64,000 bases of DNA, from positions 28,954,001-29,018,000 of the forward strand of contig NC_043000.1 of NCBI RefSeq assembly GCF_006345805.1, read 5' to 3'. The notes below the pieces were generated by a model, which saw nothing but the letters and a program-made list of their open reading frames with translations, ran no database searches and was not told where the DNA came from. Positions 38,025 through 51,580 of the stretch are shown piece by piece. The position numbers were made by a program, and so were the translations under genes. The DNA comes from Octopus sinensis. Lineage: Eukaryota. Position 1 is the stretch's first letter; the number at the start of each line of letters is the position of its first letter.

Positions 38025-38510
38025 ATATAAGACATACAGCATCTCGAAAGAGTCCAGAAGCTGGCTACCCGCATGGTTCATGGTCTCAAAAATTTGTCTT
38101 ATGAAGAAAGGCTGAGGACGCTCGACATTTATTCTCTAGAAAAACGCCGCCGCCGTGGTGATCTCATTCTCGCTCACAACATCATAAGCGGAAAGTGTAA
38201 CCTCTCGAAAGAGCTGTTCTTCACTCCTGCTCCAGAGCGTCGGTTGCAGGGTCATTCCGAAAAGCTCTACCTGCGACGATTTCATCTCAATCGAAGGAGA
38301 GGAGCTTTCTCCGTCCGGGTTGCGGATCCGTGGAACAAGCTGCCAGACGAGATGGTGAAGATGCCGACGACCGCTTTGTTCAAAGTCTCCCTTGACCTCA
38401 AGTGGCCTGAACTCTTTACATGAACACCACCCTGTACTTAACTCCATGTCCCCCTACATGGCCTTGCTATTTGCTTTTGAGCCAAATTAACTAACTAACT
38501 AACTAACTAA
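38025..38510 (+). mobile_element. CR1-clade LINE 3' end with (TAAC)n tail
   Basis: HLERVQKLATRMVHGLKNLSYEERLRTLDIYSLEKRRRRGDLILAHNII...RGAFSVRVADPWNKLP...FKVSLD, followed by a (ctaa)n tail at ~38487-38510. Confidence 0.9.
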
Positions 38511-38739
38511 GATCACAACGTGGTTTCGCAGCTAGCGCCATTCCAACAGATTCCATAGTACCTGCCATCCAAACTACATTACTGGCTCAAGTAACTGAGT
38601 AACTGACCACTGTCCCCCTACTACGACTATGGTAAACAGGCACAACCGCAACGATTATTGTAGTAGTAGTAGTGGTAGTCAGGATTATAGGCCGGTGAAA
38701 TGTGCCCTTACCGAGAAAAAATAACTTTGGCTTTGAAGG

Positions 38740-41700
38740 ACTCTCTCGAGGGGAGATTTTTCTCTACCAAAGTAAAAAGCCAGAGCTGTTAATGAAATTG
38801 GTGATGAGTATTTACAACAGTGGGATGAACCCACATACTGGCAGATTAACGCCTGTCTATATGCTTTGGTTACTACTGTAAAACAGTACATGAATGATAT
38901 TCAAAAAGTAGACAAAGCCGAAATAACAAAGAAAGAACCATGATGGGTTTTGAAGACAGAGGAAAAGATAACTGGTTTACGGAAGACCATCAGTGATGTA
39001 ATGATGCTTGTTGCATGCACACAAGCAAATCACTATACGTTCCATCAACAAAAAGTGAAGAAGGAGATAGAAACGATGTTTGGAGACAGCAAAAAGAGGA
39101 CAATCATTGGCAAACTGATTTACCTTGAAGCAGGAGCTAAAGGTTGTCAGTGAAAAACTCCGAACCCAGAAGAGAATAAGCGAAAGAAAAACAATAAACA
39201 AAAACTTTAATCGCAACCAAGCAGAGACATGAGAGAAGGAGCAGTAAACATCAGGGAAGCCCCTTCACGAGAAGACATAGACTCCTTCTGGAGGAAAATT
39301 TGAAATGAAGAGAAGGAATTTAACCAAAATGCTTTGTAGCTGAAAGAAATCCTAAAAAGTTATTTCGCCTGCGTTACATCCAATACATACAACATTGATG
39401 GCGAAATTCTTGCAGCTGTGATCCAGAAACTCCAGGATGGAAAAGCCCCTGTAAGAGACTTGACTGTTGGATATTGGTACAATAAGCTAACATTCTAGCA
39501 ACCGTCAATCTGTGCCAACAAACTCTCAATGGGAACAGTAGCATACCACATTGGTTAGCTCTGGCAGAGACAAAATTGATCCCCAAAAGCTGAACCACCC
39601 ACATGGCAAAAAACTACCGGCCAATTGCATGCTAGAACTTATTATATAAGATATATATACAGCATACTTAAACCTCCTCCTCCCGGACCATTGTGAAACC
39701 AATAACAATACCACAGCAGAACAAGCACCTGGGAAGAAGGGAGTCTGGGGATGTGACAAGCAATTATTAATCAACAAAATTGTGATGTCAGAGGTGCGAG
39801 AGCATAGGAGGAACCTAGTTTCAATGTGGCTAGACTACAAGAAAGTCTTCGACTCTGTTCCCTACTCATGGATGCTAGAAACCCTTGCTAAAGTTCCAGT
39901 GAGCATAGTCAAATCCACAGCTCACAGCTCACTTGGCTTCATCGTGGGCCACCATCATGGAATTAAACACAAAGAGTGACTGTATTATCACCGATAGAAT
40001 ACAATATCGCAAAAGCATATTCCAAGGAGGCAGCCTCTATGTGATGTTCATACTTTCTGTAAACCCCTTTTTTTCCATGTTAAGGAAGTCTGAAGGATAT
40101 CTTACTGGTTCACTAGGAAACAGAAATACCAAAATTACACAATTTCTTTAGTGGATGACTTAAAAACTTTATGCAAAGAATATGCACAAGATGAAAAAAA
40201 GCATTGACTTAGTTACATTCTCAAAGGATGGCGGGTTGGAGTTTGGTCAGGATAAATGTTGTTATATGGTTGTGAAAAGAGGGAAAACTGTAAACCAGAC
40301 TAGCAACATCTCCATCAATGACTTGACTGTTTCCCCTATATCTGACGAGGAATGCTACAAGTATCTAGGGGTGGATGAAAATATATCTTCCAATGACACC
40401 TGTAACAAAACACGTGAAATTCCAATGAAGGAGCTTTGAAACTAGGTTCGAAACCGGCTCTTTCTCTATGGGCAAGAAATCTTGAATAAACGGAATGATG
40501 ACATACATACCTACATGCATACACATGTAAATATGACTTAACTGTTTCTTCTATATTTGATGGGAAATGTTGCAGCAGCTACGGGTAGATGAAAACAAAT
40601 CTTATAATGGTACTTATAACAAAGAACGCGTCACTGAAAATATAACAGCCGGATGAGAAAAATATGGACCTTGGATCTCTTTGCATATATTAAAACATTT
40701 GGGTTACTTGATTTGACACTTGAGGACATCCGAGTCATTGATGTGAAGGCCCGAAAGATACTGACCAGCACAAATAATTTTCACACCAACAGTGATGTAT
40801 ACTGTCTCTATCTAAAACAAAAACAAGAAGACAGATGCTTAACATCGATCCAGACAGCTTTTTAACGTCACATCATATCCTTCAGGCAATACCTTTTAAT
40901 CAGAAAGTGTCGAAGGACATCCATTGACCAGGCTGGATACACGGAGCAGATAGCATCATGAGACTTGGAAAGCAGTTCCATGAGAAACATTCCCTGTCTG
41001 ATAACCTTGAATACATGCGAAAGGCGGTTGCACGATTCTTCCGCAGTATATTCATCAAATGAAAGGACGAGTACATGACAGCAGATGACAGCAACATGGA
41101 TAATCACAGCAGTCTGTCGTTGACCAACGATCGGACCACTAACTCTCACTGTGAAGGGGCCTTGCGTTTGTAATCCAGGAACAGGAAATAGCAGCCAATT
41201 TCTGCTGCACAAAAAGGACAGAATTGCAAGAAAAACACCAAAGTGTGATAACAGATGCAGACACTATGGAATTAACACCGTAGACATCAGCCGCATCCTG
41301 CACAGTTATTCAGAAATGCCATCGCGTTATTATCTACCAATGAGACATGATGTTGTATCCAAGACACTGTACAATGCAATTCGTCGGAAGGATAATCCTG
41401 AGATCAAAGATTTAAGGACCTACTGTGTAGTAGCGGCCACAACCCCGCATAATATGTAAGATTACTGGCACAAAATCAAAGGGTGAAAACCTCAGAAAAT
41501 GCATAACAGTCGAGGCATAACAGACCAAGCATAGGGATTTAGGACAGAAAATCTACGTACTGTAGTGGAAATCAGTTGCCCGGCAGATGTCAATATAAAG
41601 CGGAAAACACCTACGGTGAGATATTGAGAAATGTACAGCTTCTCTTCCCGGATTACAAATTCAGACTTACACTCGTAATTATTGAGATACTAGGATAAGT

Positions 41701-42040
41701 GAAAAAAATGCCTCAACACCAATCTTGAGAAAATTGGAGAAGAGCTAATTAAATGATTACACATACATGCTGTCAAAGGAACTGTCAAAATAAGTAAAAC
41801 TTTCCAAAAGTTTTGCATTTTAGTACATATATACATGTTTAAACATGCAACTGCATGCTTCAGAATGCACACATAAAACAAATCAGACAAATGTACACAT
41901 GCATTGGCTCCAAATATTGCATGCATGCATAAAAACATGAGCAAATACCATGTTGCTGGTGTTGAAGTTCCAATGAAGGAACTCTGAATCTAGTTTACAC
42001 ACCAGCCGTTTCGCCATTGGTAAGAAATCTAGAAATAAAA
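38740..42040 (+). mobile_element. Long decayed R4/Dong-like (RLE) non-LTR retrotransposon with 3' UTR
   Basis: WQINACLYA N-terminus; RT motifs NYRPIAC, WGCDKQLLIN, WLDYKKVFDSVP, IFQGGSLY, FL*DDLK, YKYLGV; CCHC knuckle (CRHYG...RIL); RLE; many stops and frameshifts. Confidence 0.85.
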
Positions 42041-42050
42041 CGAAATAACA

Positions 42051-42298
42051 TATTGGGTTGATGCATAATTATTACGGCTTTTTTCAACAAATTTTATTCA
42101 ATAAAAACAATAACATATAACAAAAACATCCCTAAATGATTATTCCGGAGCATATTCGACATCTATTTCAATTACTGGTTCCCATTTGCCTGGCAGATGG
42201 TCAGACCATCATTTAAAGATGTTTTTGTCAAATATTGTTATTGTTTTTGTTGAATAAAATGTGAGGAAAAGCCGCAATAATTATGCACCAGCCCAATG
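42051..42298 (-). mobile_element. Internally deleted mariner element
   Basis: Imperfect TIRs TTGGGTTGATGCATAATTATTACGGCTTTT / AAAAGCCGCAATAATTATGCACCAGCCCAA (mariner-type TIR). Minus strand encodes LPGKWEPVIEIDVEY, resembling the mariner transposase C-terminus. Confidence 0.75.
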
Positions 42299-42395
42299 CA
42301 TACATACATAGTGTAGGTCTAGGTGAATGTGTATTTTCGAGTATGCGCATCTATATATATATATCTGAATATACACATATCCAATTATGTTACTC

Positions 42396-42587
42396 TTTAC
42401 TCACTTCTACTTGTTTCAGTCATTGGACTGGGGTCATGCTGGAGCACCACTTTTAGTCGAACAAATCGACCCCAGGACTTATTTTTTGTAAGCCTAGTAC
42501 TTATTCTATCGGTAGTCAAGCGATCGTGGGAGGACAAACACAGACACAAACAACAAACACATACATACATACATACATACATACATA

Positions 42588-42678
<91 letters not shown>

Positions 42679-42925
42679 TGAGAGAGTTGGTATGTGAAAG
42701 CACGTGTTTGGATGTATAAAAGACAAAAAAGCCTTCTGTTGTTTTTTTCATTTTTTTTGTCTTTTATATATATATATATTATACGACGGGCTTCTTTCAG
42801 TTTCCGTATATAGCCCGAGGCTATAGTAGAAGACACTTGCCTAAGGTGCTATGCAGTGGGACTCAACCTGGAACCATGTCGTTGGGAAGCGAGCTTCTTA
42901 CCACACAGCCCCTCCTGCGCCTGCG
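42396..42925 (-). mobile_element. SINE family A split by microsatellite expansion
   Basis: Body 42396-42560; head 42781-42925. Confidence 0.85.
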
Positions 42926-43545
42926 CATGTTTATATGTGTGTGGGGGGTGAGAGAGAGTAGTATGTGAGTTACCAACAAAAGCAGGAACTTTGCTAACAC
43001 CGGATAAACCATGATACTTGCGTTAACGAATTGCTTTCGACAGAAACCCAATATATATGTGTGTGTATGTGTGCGTGTGTGTGTGTGTGTGTATCATATA
43101 TACATATATATATATATATACACACACATATATATATACATATACACATATGTATACATGCATACATTTATGTATACACACACTCTTATATATATTATAT
43201 ATGTACATACACATACACACATACACACACACACATAGACGCATATGTATATATCAACATGGTGTCATCGACCGACGGTAACAACTTAAATAACCAGGAA
43301 ATCTTAGCGCTGAAGACTTGCAGAAAGTTATCACTGATTCAAAGACTTCCAGGCTTTCAGCACATGTTTCTTTCCTCCTTTTTTCCTCCCTTTTCCCCGA
43401 GCGACTCTTATAAAACATGCTTGTTCGCTTCAAAGCACATTTGCTAACGACCATAAATTACACAGTCTCATGCCATCCAGCCTTTACGTCGTTCCCTGCT
43501 AAATAATATCAATAACACTGTCACTATTATTATCATTATTATTAT

Positions 43546-43577
<32 letters not shown>

Positions 43578-43710
43578 TAGTAGTAGTAGTAGTAGTAGTA
43601 GCAGCAGCAGCAGCAGTTGTATTAATGATGATGATGGTGATGATAATAATAATGCTAATAATAATAGCAATAATGCTCTCTCTCAATAATAATAGTAATA
43701 ATGCTCTCTC

Positions 43711-43773
<63 letters not shown>

Positions 43774-43775
<2 letters not shown>

Positions 43776-44595
43776 GGTTGTTGTTGTTGTTGTTGCTGTT
43801 GTTATAAAGCATAAAACGTCCATCTATCAATGGGATTTTTTTCCTTCGTTGCTGCTTTTCTGCTCCTGCTTCTGCTGCTATTGCTACTGCTGTTGTTGTT
43901 GTTGTTGTTGTTTTTGCTGCTGTTGTTGTTCTTTAACATATGGTGGCTATTTCTACTGGATGGTTAGTATTGCAGTGATACAAACCAACAAGTTTTCTGC
44001 ATTCGCTAAAAATAATAAAAAGATAAAAATCGGTCCGGAAACATTTCTCCATTTTGACAGAAGTGGGAATTAATAGTATCGTCTTGTTTTGTTTTTGTTT
44101 CGTTGTTTTTTTTTTGTTTTCTTTCTGTTTTGTTTTTTCTTTATTTGTTTTTTTGTTTTTGTTTTTCTGTTTTTTTTTTATTTTGCTGTTGCTATCCTGT
44201 TTTTTTTTTCTTCTTCTTTTGTTTTTTCGTTTAGTTTGTGCGTGTTTGATTGAAAAACATTTTGGTTGTTGTAGATGCTGCCGCTTCCGGCATAGAAATA
44301 ACATTAGTAGCAGTATTAGTCGTCACAATTTCGTTACTGTTATTGTTATTATTGTAGCAGTAGTGGTAATAGTAATAGTTATTGTTGTAGGTGCTGCTGC
44401 TGCTGCTGCTGCTGTTATTGTTGTTGCTGTTTCTGATAGTTTCAATATCTGAAAATTAATTGAATTCGAGACCCTCGCCACTATATTGATCTATAGAGTA
44501 TATATTTCAGCTGTTTAATAAATTTTCCCTAGCTAGTTGCAATAAAACTGATATCTTTCGGGGCTATATTTTTATTTCTTTTCGTTTACTATAAC

Positions 44596-44646
<51 letters not shown>

Positions 44647-45303
44647 ATTATTATTTTTTTTTTTTTTTTATTATTATTATTATTATGGTTGTTGTTGTTG
44701 TTGTTGCTGTTGTTATAAAGCATAAAACGTCCATCTATCAATGGGATTTTTTTCCTTCGTTGCTGCTTTTCTGCTCCTGCTTCTGCTGCTATTGCTACTG
44801 CTGTTGTTGTTGTTGTTGTTGTTTTTGCTGCTGTTGTTGTTCTTTAACATATGGTGGCTATTTCTACTGGATGGTTAGTATTGCAGTGATACAAACCAAC
44901 AAGTTTTCTGCATTCGCTAAAAATAATAAAAAGATAAAAATCGGTCCGGAAACATTTCTCCATTTTGACAGAAGTGGAATTAATAGTATCGTCTTGTTTT
45001 GTTTTTGTTTCGTTGTTTTTTTTTTGTTTTCTTTCTGTTTTTTTTTTTTTTTTTTATTATTATTATTATTTTTTTTTTTTTTTTTTTTTTTATTTTGCTG
45101 TTGCTATCCTGTTTTTTTTTTTCTTCTTCTTTTGTTTTTTCGTTTAGTTTGTGCGTATTTGATTGAAAAACATTTTGGTTGTTGTAGATGCTGCCGCTCC
45201 GGCATAGAAATAACATTAGTAGCAGTATTAGTCGTCACAATTTCGTTACTGTTATTGTTATTATTGTAGCAGTAGTGGTAATAGTAATAGTTATTGTTGT
45301 AGG

Positions 45304-45334
<31 letters not shown>

Positions 45335-45500
45335 ATTGTTGTTGCTGTTTCTGATAGTTTCAATATCTGAAAATTAATTGAATTCGAGACCCTCGCCACT
45401 ATATTGATCTATAGAGTATATATTCAGCTGTTTAATAATTTTCCCTAGCTAGTTGCAATAAAACTGATATCTTTCGGGGCTATATTTTTATTTCTTTTCG
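43774..45500. repeat. ~910-bp tandem duplication of trinucleotide-rich DNA
   Basis: atggttgttgttgttgttgttgctgttgttataaagcataaaacgtcc occurs at 43774 and 44685. Copies differ mainly in homopolymer lengths. Confidence 0.9.
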
Positions 45501-45525
45501 TTTACTATAACTATTATTATTATTA

Positions 45526-45560
<35 letters not shown>

Positions 45561-45585
45561 TATTATTAATTATTATTATTATTTT

Positions 45586-45660
<75 letters not shown>

Positions 45661-46586
45661 GTTGTTGTTGCTATTATTATAATTATTATTATTATTATTA
45701 TTAATTCCTTTGCTTTTTTTTTCTCTACTATGCCATCCACCAATCACATTTCATCTTATAATTCATACTCAGAATTTTTGAAATATTAGCAAAATCTCCA
45801 TTACAAATGGATTCGAAATACGATTTTTGTTTCTCTGTATATGTGCATGTGTGTGTGCGTATCTGTGCATGTGTGTTTTATATCTGTTTTGTATGTGTTT
45901 TTTATGCTTGTATGTTTTCATTTCCTAATGTTGAAATGTAAATGTGTTGTGTTGAAATTGCATTTAAACGAATTTAAGATAATAGATTCTTCTGCTGGAA
46001 TAGTCATACATTTTTTATATCTGATATACTTAGAAGCATATATCTATATGGTTTAGTGCACCTATCGTCAAATGTATATTACCAACGAGACTGCGAAGGA
46101 ACCGCTACGTAGTTTTTTGGCCAAATAGAAATAGTAGCCAAATATTCCTTAAATCAAACTCTGTTTTTTTTAAATAAAGAAAATGGAACTCAAATATTGT
46201 TGTATTTTATGAGGGTAATACAGCCAATAAAAACACACGTACTGGTAACGTCACACTTCAGTAATATTATCGATTAATGAGACTGATTGATAATATAATG
46301 AAGTGAAACATAACCAGTGCGTGTTTTTACTGGCAGATCACCCAACATAAAGCTATATCGGTTTCAATGCATGATTCCACGACCAGAATCTTGCATAACA
46401 ATTGCAAAAAGTAGTTTGAAATAAGCTGGGATGGTTGCAGGTGAAATACCTCTAATCCTAAGACAACTCAATTAAAAGGTATCGTGGTGTTAAACACCAA
46501 CTTTTCCAGAAGTTGAAAATAGCACTAACGCACAAGCATATATACATACATAAAGACGCACATACATACATACATACATACATACA

Positions 46587-46617
<31 letters not shown>

Positions 46618-46769
46618 CATACATACATACATACATACATACATACATACATACATACATACAAACATACATACACACATTCATATACATTTGTGTGTGC
46701 ATACACATATATTCATATATGTACTCTATCTGGTGAGAGATATATTACATACATTGTATATATTCATAA

Positions 46770-46985
46770 CACGTCTGGTGTCTTCGCGCAATCCCGTGCC
46801 CGAGGATTGTGTGAAGCTATTAGTAGAGGGTTCGTTGGACACGGTGTGAGACGACTGTTGTTATTGCTAGGCCTAACTCATCGTAAAGTCAATACCACCA
46901 TGACCGATATCCAATCTACAGTGGAGAAGGCTAGCCACTGGATTTGGTTAAAAAGAGACGATGAGCGATGGCTAGAAGGATATTG
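46770..46985 (+). pseudogene. HERO/R2-like RLE LINE C-terminal fragment
   Basis: SRGFVGHGVRRLLLLLGLT...VEKASHWIWLKRDDERW resembles the HERO-type RGFV...AE.AS.W.WLKR terminus. Confidence 0.65.
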
Positions 46986-47262
46986 AGCTTAATTTGATAA
47001 CCAGCTGATCTAGCAAGCGGGGCCTCATATCAGTGCATTGATACCGTCGAGAGGTAGGCCCCGAAACGGTCCGCATTCTCTCCTGATGACCCCATACACT
47101 TGCTGGCTTCCGGTATACGGAACTTTTGACTGGTAGCACTTGTATGTGCAAGTTGTTTGCAAGACATGTATGTATGCATATGTATGTATATACATATATA
47201 TATACATATAGATAGATAGATATATAGATAGATATAGATATAGATATACATATATACATATT

Positions 47263-47340
<78 letters not shown>

Positions 47341-47591
47341 AGAGAGAGAGATTTAAATAATATGAGGGGTTTAGTTCACTGGGACCTAAACGATAGGTAC
47401 GTTATTCCTTCATGCAAACATTCAAAATACTACCTGGACTTACCTGGGATTATACTTAAGGACCTATTATACCCTCACAGAAGTACATACCATCTGGAAG
47501 AAGATGAGCTGTGAACTTTATTCTTCTGTCTACTATTTTATTCCTTTATAAACTGTGAATTCCCTTCTAGAACTTTCATACATACTCACCT

Positions 47592-47669
47592 TGTCTCTGA
47601 TGATGGGATACCCAGTGTATGGAGATGCTAACTTATCACATGGTCTATCCCAGAAACAGCTGTAAGACA
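47592..47669 (+). ncRNA. type I hammerhead ribozyme, fully canonical
   Basis: tgtct CTGATGA tgggata...tatccca GAAA C-AGCT-G TA agaca. 5-bp stem I, 7-bp stem II, palindromic helix III. Confidence 0.85.
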
Positions 47670-47754
47670 TCCGATAATTAATTACTTCAAATTCACCTTA
47701 TTCTAAATGACTCGAGAAACTCGCCCTGCCTTGGTTTCGTTGTCCTTTTACTTC

Positions 47755-47794
<40 letters not shown>

Positions 47795-47795
47795 C

Positions 47796-47990
47796 AGGAC
47801 CAGGTACTGCAATAGCCAAGGGTTCAAAAGCCTACAGCTCTTCAATGCCTTGCTACAAAAAATCAGAAATCTACATAATTTGAATGTAGATGTCTTCAAA
47901 GCGAAACTAGACAGCTTCCTCTCCACAATACCGGATGAAGCAACTGCCCGATATGAAGTACAGACGTGAGCAGCAGGATCAAACTCCCTT
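47796..47990 (+). pseudogene. CR1/L2-group LINE C-terminal fragment
   Basis: RYCNSQGFKSLQLFNALLQKIRNLHNLNVDVFKAKLDSFLSTIPDE. Confidence 0.7.
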
Positions 47991-48515
47991 ATACATCAAA
48001 CGGGCCAACATCTGGGACAAAGGCACGTACAGGAGTGGTGATGTTCCGCCCACACACACGCACACACCGCACACACACACACACACACCCAGTCTAATGA
48101 AATCAGGAAAACCACGGTGGTGCTCCAGTATGACCGCAGCTGCATGGCTGAAACGAATAAACCAATAAAAGAGTATATACATGATTTCCCCCATCAATTT
48201 CGACACATGATGTGTCTAGCAACTGTTAAACCACAACAAAGATGATTTATTTTCAATGGTAACCATTGTGTAGAAGCAGCCGCAACTTTTAGAATGCTGA
48301 TAGCAGAAATTTTGGTGTAAACGTTTACCACACGCACAATGAGCGGAGTAACTCAGGTTTTTCTTTTAGAGTTCTCCATCTCTCAGCTTAGCTTTCACCA
48401 AGGTTTCGACTCCAACCTATACTGGTAAACTAAATGCACACCTGAGAACCAAAGCAGAAATTTGTAAGTCTATGCGTGCATATATATATATATAGTATAT
48501 ATATATATATAATAT

Positions 48516-48597
<82 letters not shown>

Positions 48598-48601
48598 TAT
48601 A

Positions 48602-48920
48602 TATAATATAATATTAATTAGAGACAAAACCACTATTATGCAAATCAAACAAAGAAAGACTTAATCCAATACATAAAAATTTTTTTATAAATTAAATATA
48701 ATTAAGATATCCACTACGATCGTTTCTTGTCACTATTAGTTCAAAATTGCATAGAAGGTCTTGAAACCACCTGATGAATGTCCATAAAGTGACAAGAAAC
48801 GATCGTAGTGGATATCTTAATTATATTTAATTTATAAAAAAATTTTTATGTATTGGATTAAGTCTTTCTTTGTTTGATTTGCATAATAGTGGTTTTGTCT
48901 CTAATTAATATTATATTATA
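48602..48920. mobile_element. Fold-back mini-element (~133-bp arms, 53-nt loop) between (TA)n tracts
   Basis: 48602-48734 is the reverse complement of 48788-48920. Confidence 0.85.
48767..48811 (+). ncRNA. type I hammerhead ribozyme motif
   Basis: ccac CTGATGA a-tgtc-cataaagt-gaca-a GAAA C-GATC-G TA gtgg. Confidence 0.8.
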
Positions 48921-48987
48921 TTTTACTATATAATTGGATTCAATCCTAAATCTGATTTTTCCCTGTAAATTTGGATTTATTCCCTAA

Positions 48988-49082
<95 letters not shown>

Positions 49083-49264
49083 CATACTTTTCGCTTATAG
49101 ATTCTATTTGTAATGTGCGAGTTAGTTGGTGGATTTCTTTATCTGAAAATCCAAGCTTATCCAGATTGTCAGTTTGGCATTTACTCACAAAAAACAGGAG
49201 CACCAATTATTATTGGTATAGATGTAAATTTATAATCTGGATGTAGAAAATGGACGTTTCAAAC

Positions 49265-49589
49265 CAGTTATTTATGTATGTATGCATGTATGTATGTGTA
49301 TGTATGTATGTATGTATGTATGAATGTATGTATGAATGTATGTATGTTTTTATGTATGTATGTTTTTATGTATGTATGAATGTATGTATGTATGTATGTA
49401 TGTATGTATGTATGGTATGTATGTATGTATGAATGTATGTATGTTTTTATGTATGTATGTATGTTTTTATGTATGTATGAATGTATGTATGTATGTATGT
49501 ATGTATGTGTGTGTGTGTATGTATGTATACATGTATGTATGTGTGTATGTATGCATGTATGTATGAATGTATGTATGTTTTTATGTATG

Positions 49590-49623
<34 letters not shown>

Positions 49624-49790
49624 TGTATGTATGTATGTATGTATGTATGTGTATGTATGTATGTATGTATGTATGTATGAATGTATGTATGTTTTATGTA
49701 TGTATATATGTATGTATGAATGTATGCATGTATGTATGTATGTGTATGTATGCATGTATGTATGTATGTATGTATGTATGTATTATTGTA
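49265..49790. repeat. (TATG)n compound microsatellite
   Basis: Direct inspection. Confidence 0.95.
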
Positions 49791-50039
49791 TTTCTACACA
49801 CGCATATACACATGGACACACAAACATATAATACTAAAATAAGCAAACACAATAGATTTGCATTCATAGTACATACAAATGGAACTGGACACAAACATAC
49901 AACATACAAATACACAAACATATACATGTATGTATGTACGCATGCATGTATGTGCATGTATACTTGTATGTATATGTATGTATATATGTATGTATGTATG
50001 TATGTCATTATTCAGTTATATTTCATGATTTCTTGCCAA

Positions 50040-51205
50040 TAGAGAAAAAACCGGTTTCTAACCTAGATCCAAGGTTCCTTCATTGGAATTTCTACATCAA
50101 CAACAGGATACTTTTGTATGTATGGATATTGTGTATGTATGTATGTATGTATGTATGTATGTATGTATGTATGTATGTATGTATGTATGTATGTATGTAT
50201 GTATGTATGTATGTGCAGATTTGTATGTTTTATGTATGTAATCTCATGCTTATAGTTGCATATCTAGACATGCTCATATATACTTAAATGATAAACCTCT
50301 AGAAAGTTCTACAGTTTTTACAGTTCCAGCGATGGATTGGATCTGTAGTCCTCGAATCAGCTTTCTGGTTTTGAGAGACCTAATTTCTCAAGATTGGTAT
50401 TTAGACAGTGTGTTACATACCCCAGGGCCCCAATAATTAAGAACTTGTAATCTGGATAGAGTAACTACAGATTTCTCAATAGTTCAGCATAGGTGTTCTC
50501 TTTTTCACTGATCTTCAGCTATATGTTAGCATCTACTGGGCAGTTAATTTCCACAACTGTGCACAGTTTCTCTTCTCTATCCCAAACCATTATATCAGGT
50601 CTGTTGTGCTTACATTTTATTGAGGTATTCACTGGAACATTCCACCAGTATTCCTTTTTATTATGAGTGGCTAAGGTTTCCACCATACTGTGGGTTCTTA
50701 CTTCTTTGTCCTTGGAGTTATCCTTTCGATGTATCTCGTTACAGAGTTTCCTAGCTACAACATTATATCTCATTGGTAGATTAACCGTGATGACATTTTC
50801 GGACAACTGCTTATGATGGGTGATATCTTCAGTATGATCTCCACAAAATCTACATCGGTTGTCACATTTTAGGGATTTTCCTGCATCTCTATCTCTTTTG
50901 TGCATCAGGTATTTGGTTGATATTTCCTGTTCCTGGATTGCAGATGCATACCCATCAAACTGGAAGGTAGTAATCCGGTTGTTGGTCCATATATGTATGT
51001 CTCTCCAAGTTTTTTACTTATTACAAATCTTCCACAAATCTTTAGGATATAGTTAACACAGACGAATTTACATGTGGAACTTGAGAAAAGTTTTGCATAT
51101 CTTTACTGTTCCACTCACAGATTGCACTTGTAATGTACGAATCGGTCGGTTGATTTCTCTTTCTGAAAATCCCAGTTTATCCAGACTCTTCTTTAAGCAT
51201 TTACT
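50040..51205 (-). mobile_element. R4/Dong-like LINE 3' portions in tandem (RLE plus 3' UTR)
   Basis: CDNRCRFCGDHTEDITH...KEYWWNVPVNTSIKCKHNRPDIMVWDREEKLCTVVEINCP. A second 3' end (SGTVKICKTFLKF*) lies at 51200-51070. Confidence 0.85.
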
Positions 51206-51514
51206 ATGTATGTATGTATGTATGTATGTATGTATGTATGTATGTATGTATGTATGTATGTATGTATGTATGAGTTGCTTTAATTGAAGATGGAGTCGAA
51301 ACTATAAAACAGAAACCTTTACTTCGGGGATTCAAAGCTGGCATCTCGAAACGTTATTGTAGCTTAGAGAATAGGATATGAAATATAACTGAATCGTAAC
51401 ATAAAATGATCAATTGCAGCTTGTAGCTAATGCTTGGTTTCACATATGAACGATTTTTGACATTGATACGGATATGTATTTGTACATACATGTAGACATA
51501 GATACATACATACA

Positions 51515-51580
<66 letters not shown>

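Noticed and set aside
46340-46410. Minus-strand hairpin + GAAA CCGA TA
   Set aside because: Core has several substitutions at invariant positions.
47015-47095. GAAACGGTC followed by CTGATGA (possible type II hammerhead) after the HERO-like fragment
   Set aside because: No stem I between TC and CTGATGA, and the flanking cccc/cccc cannot pair as stem II.
50790-50835. CTGAAGA...GAAA ATG TC on the minus strand
   Set aside because: Lies inside the LINE ORF with no stem II; chance match.
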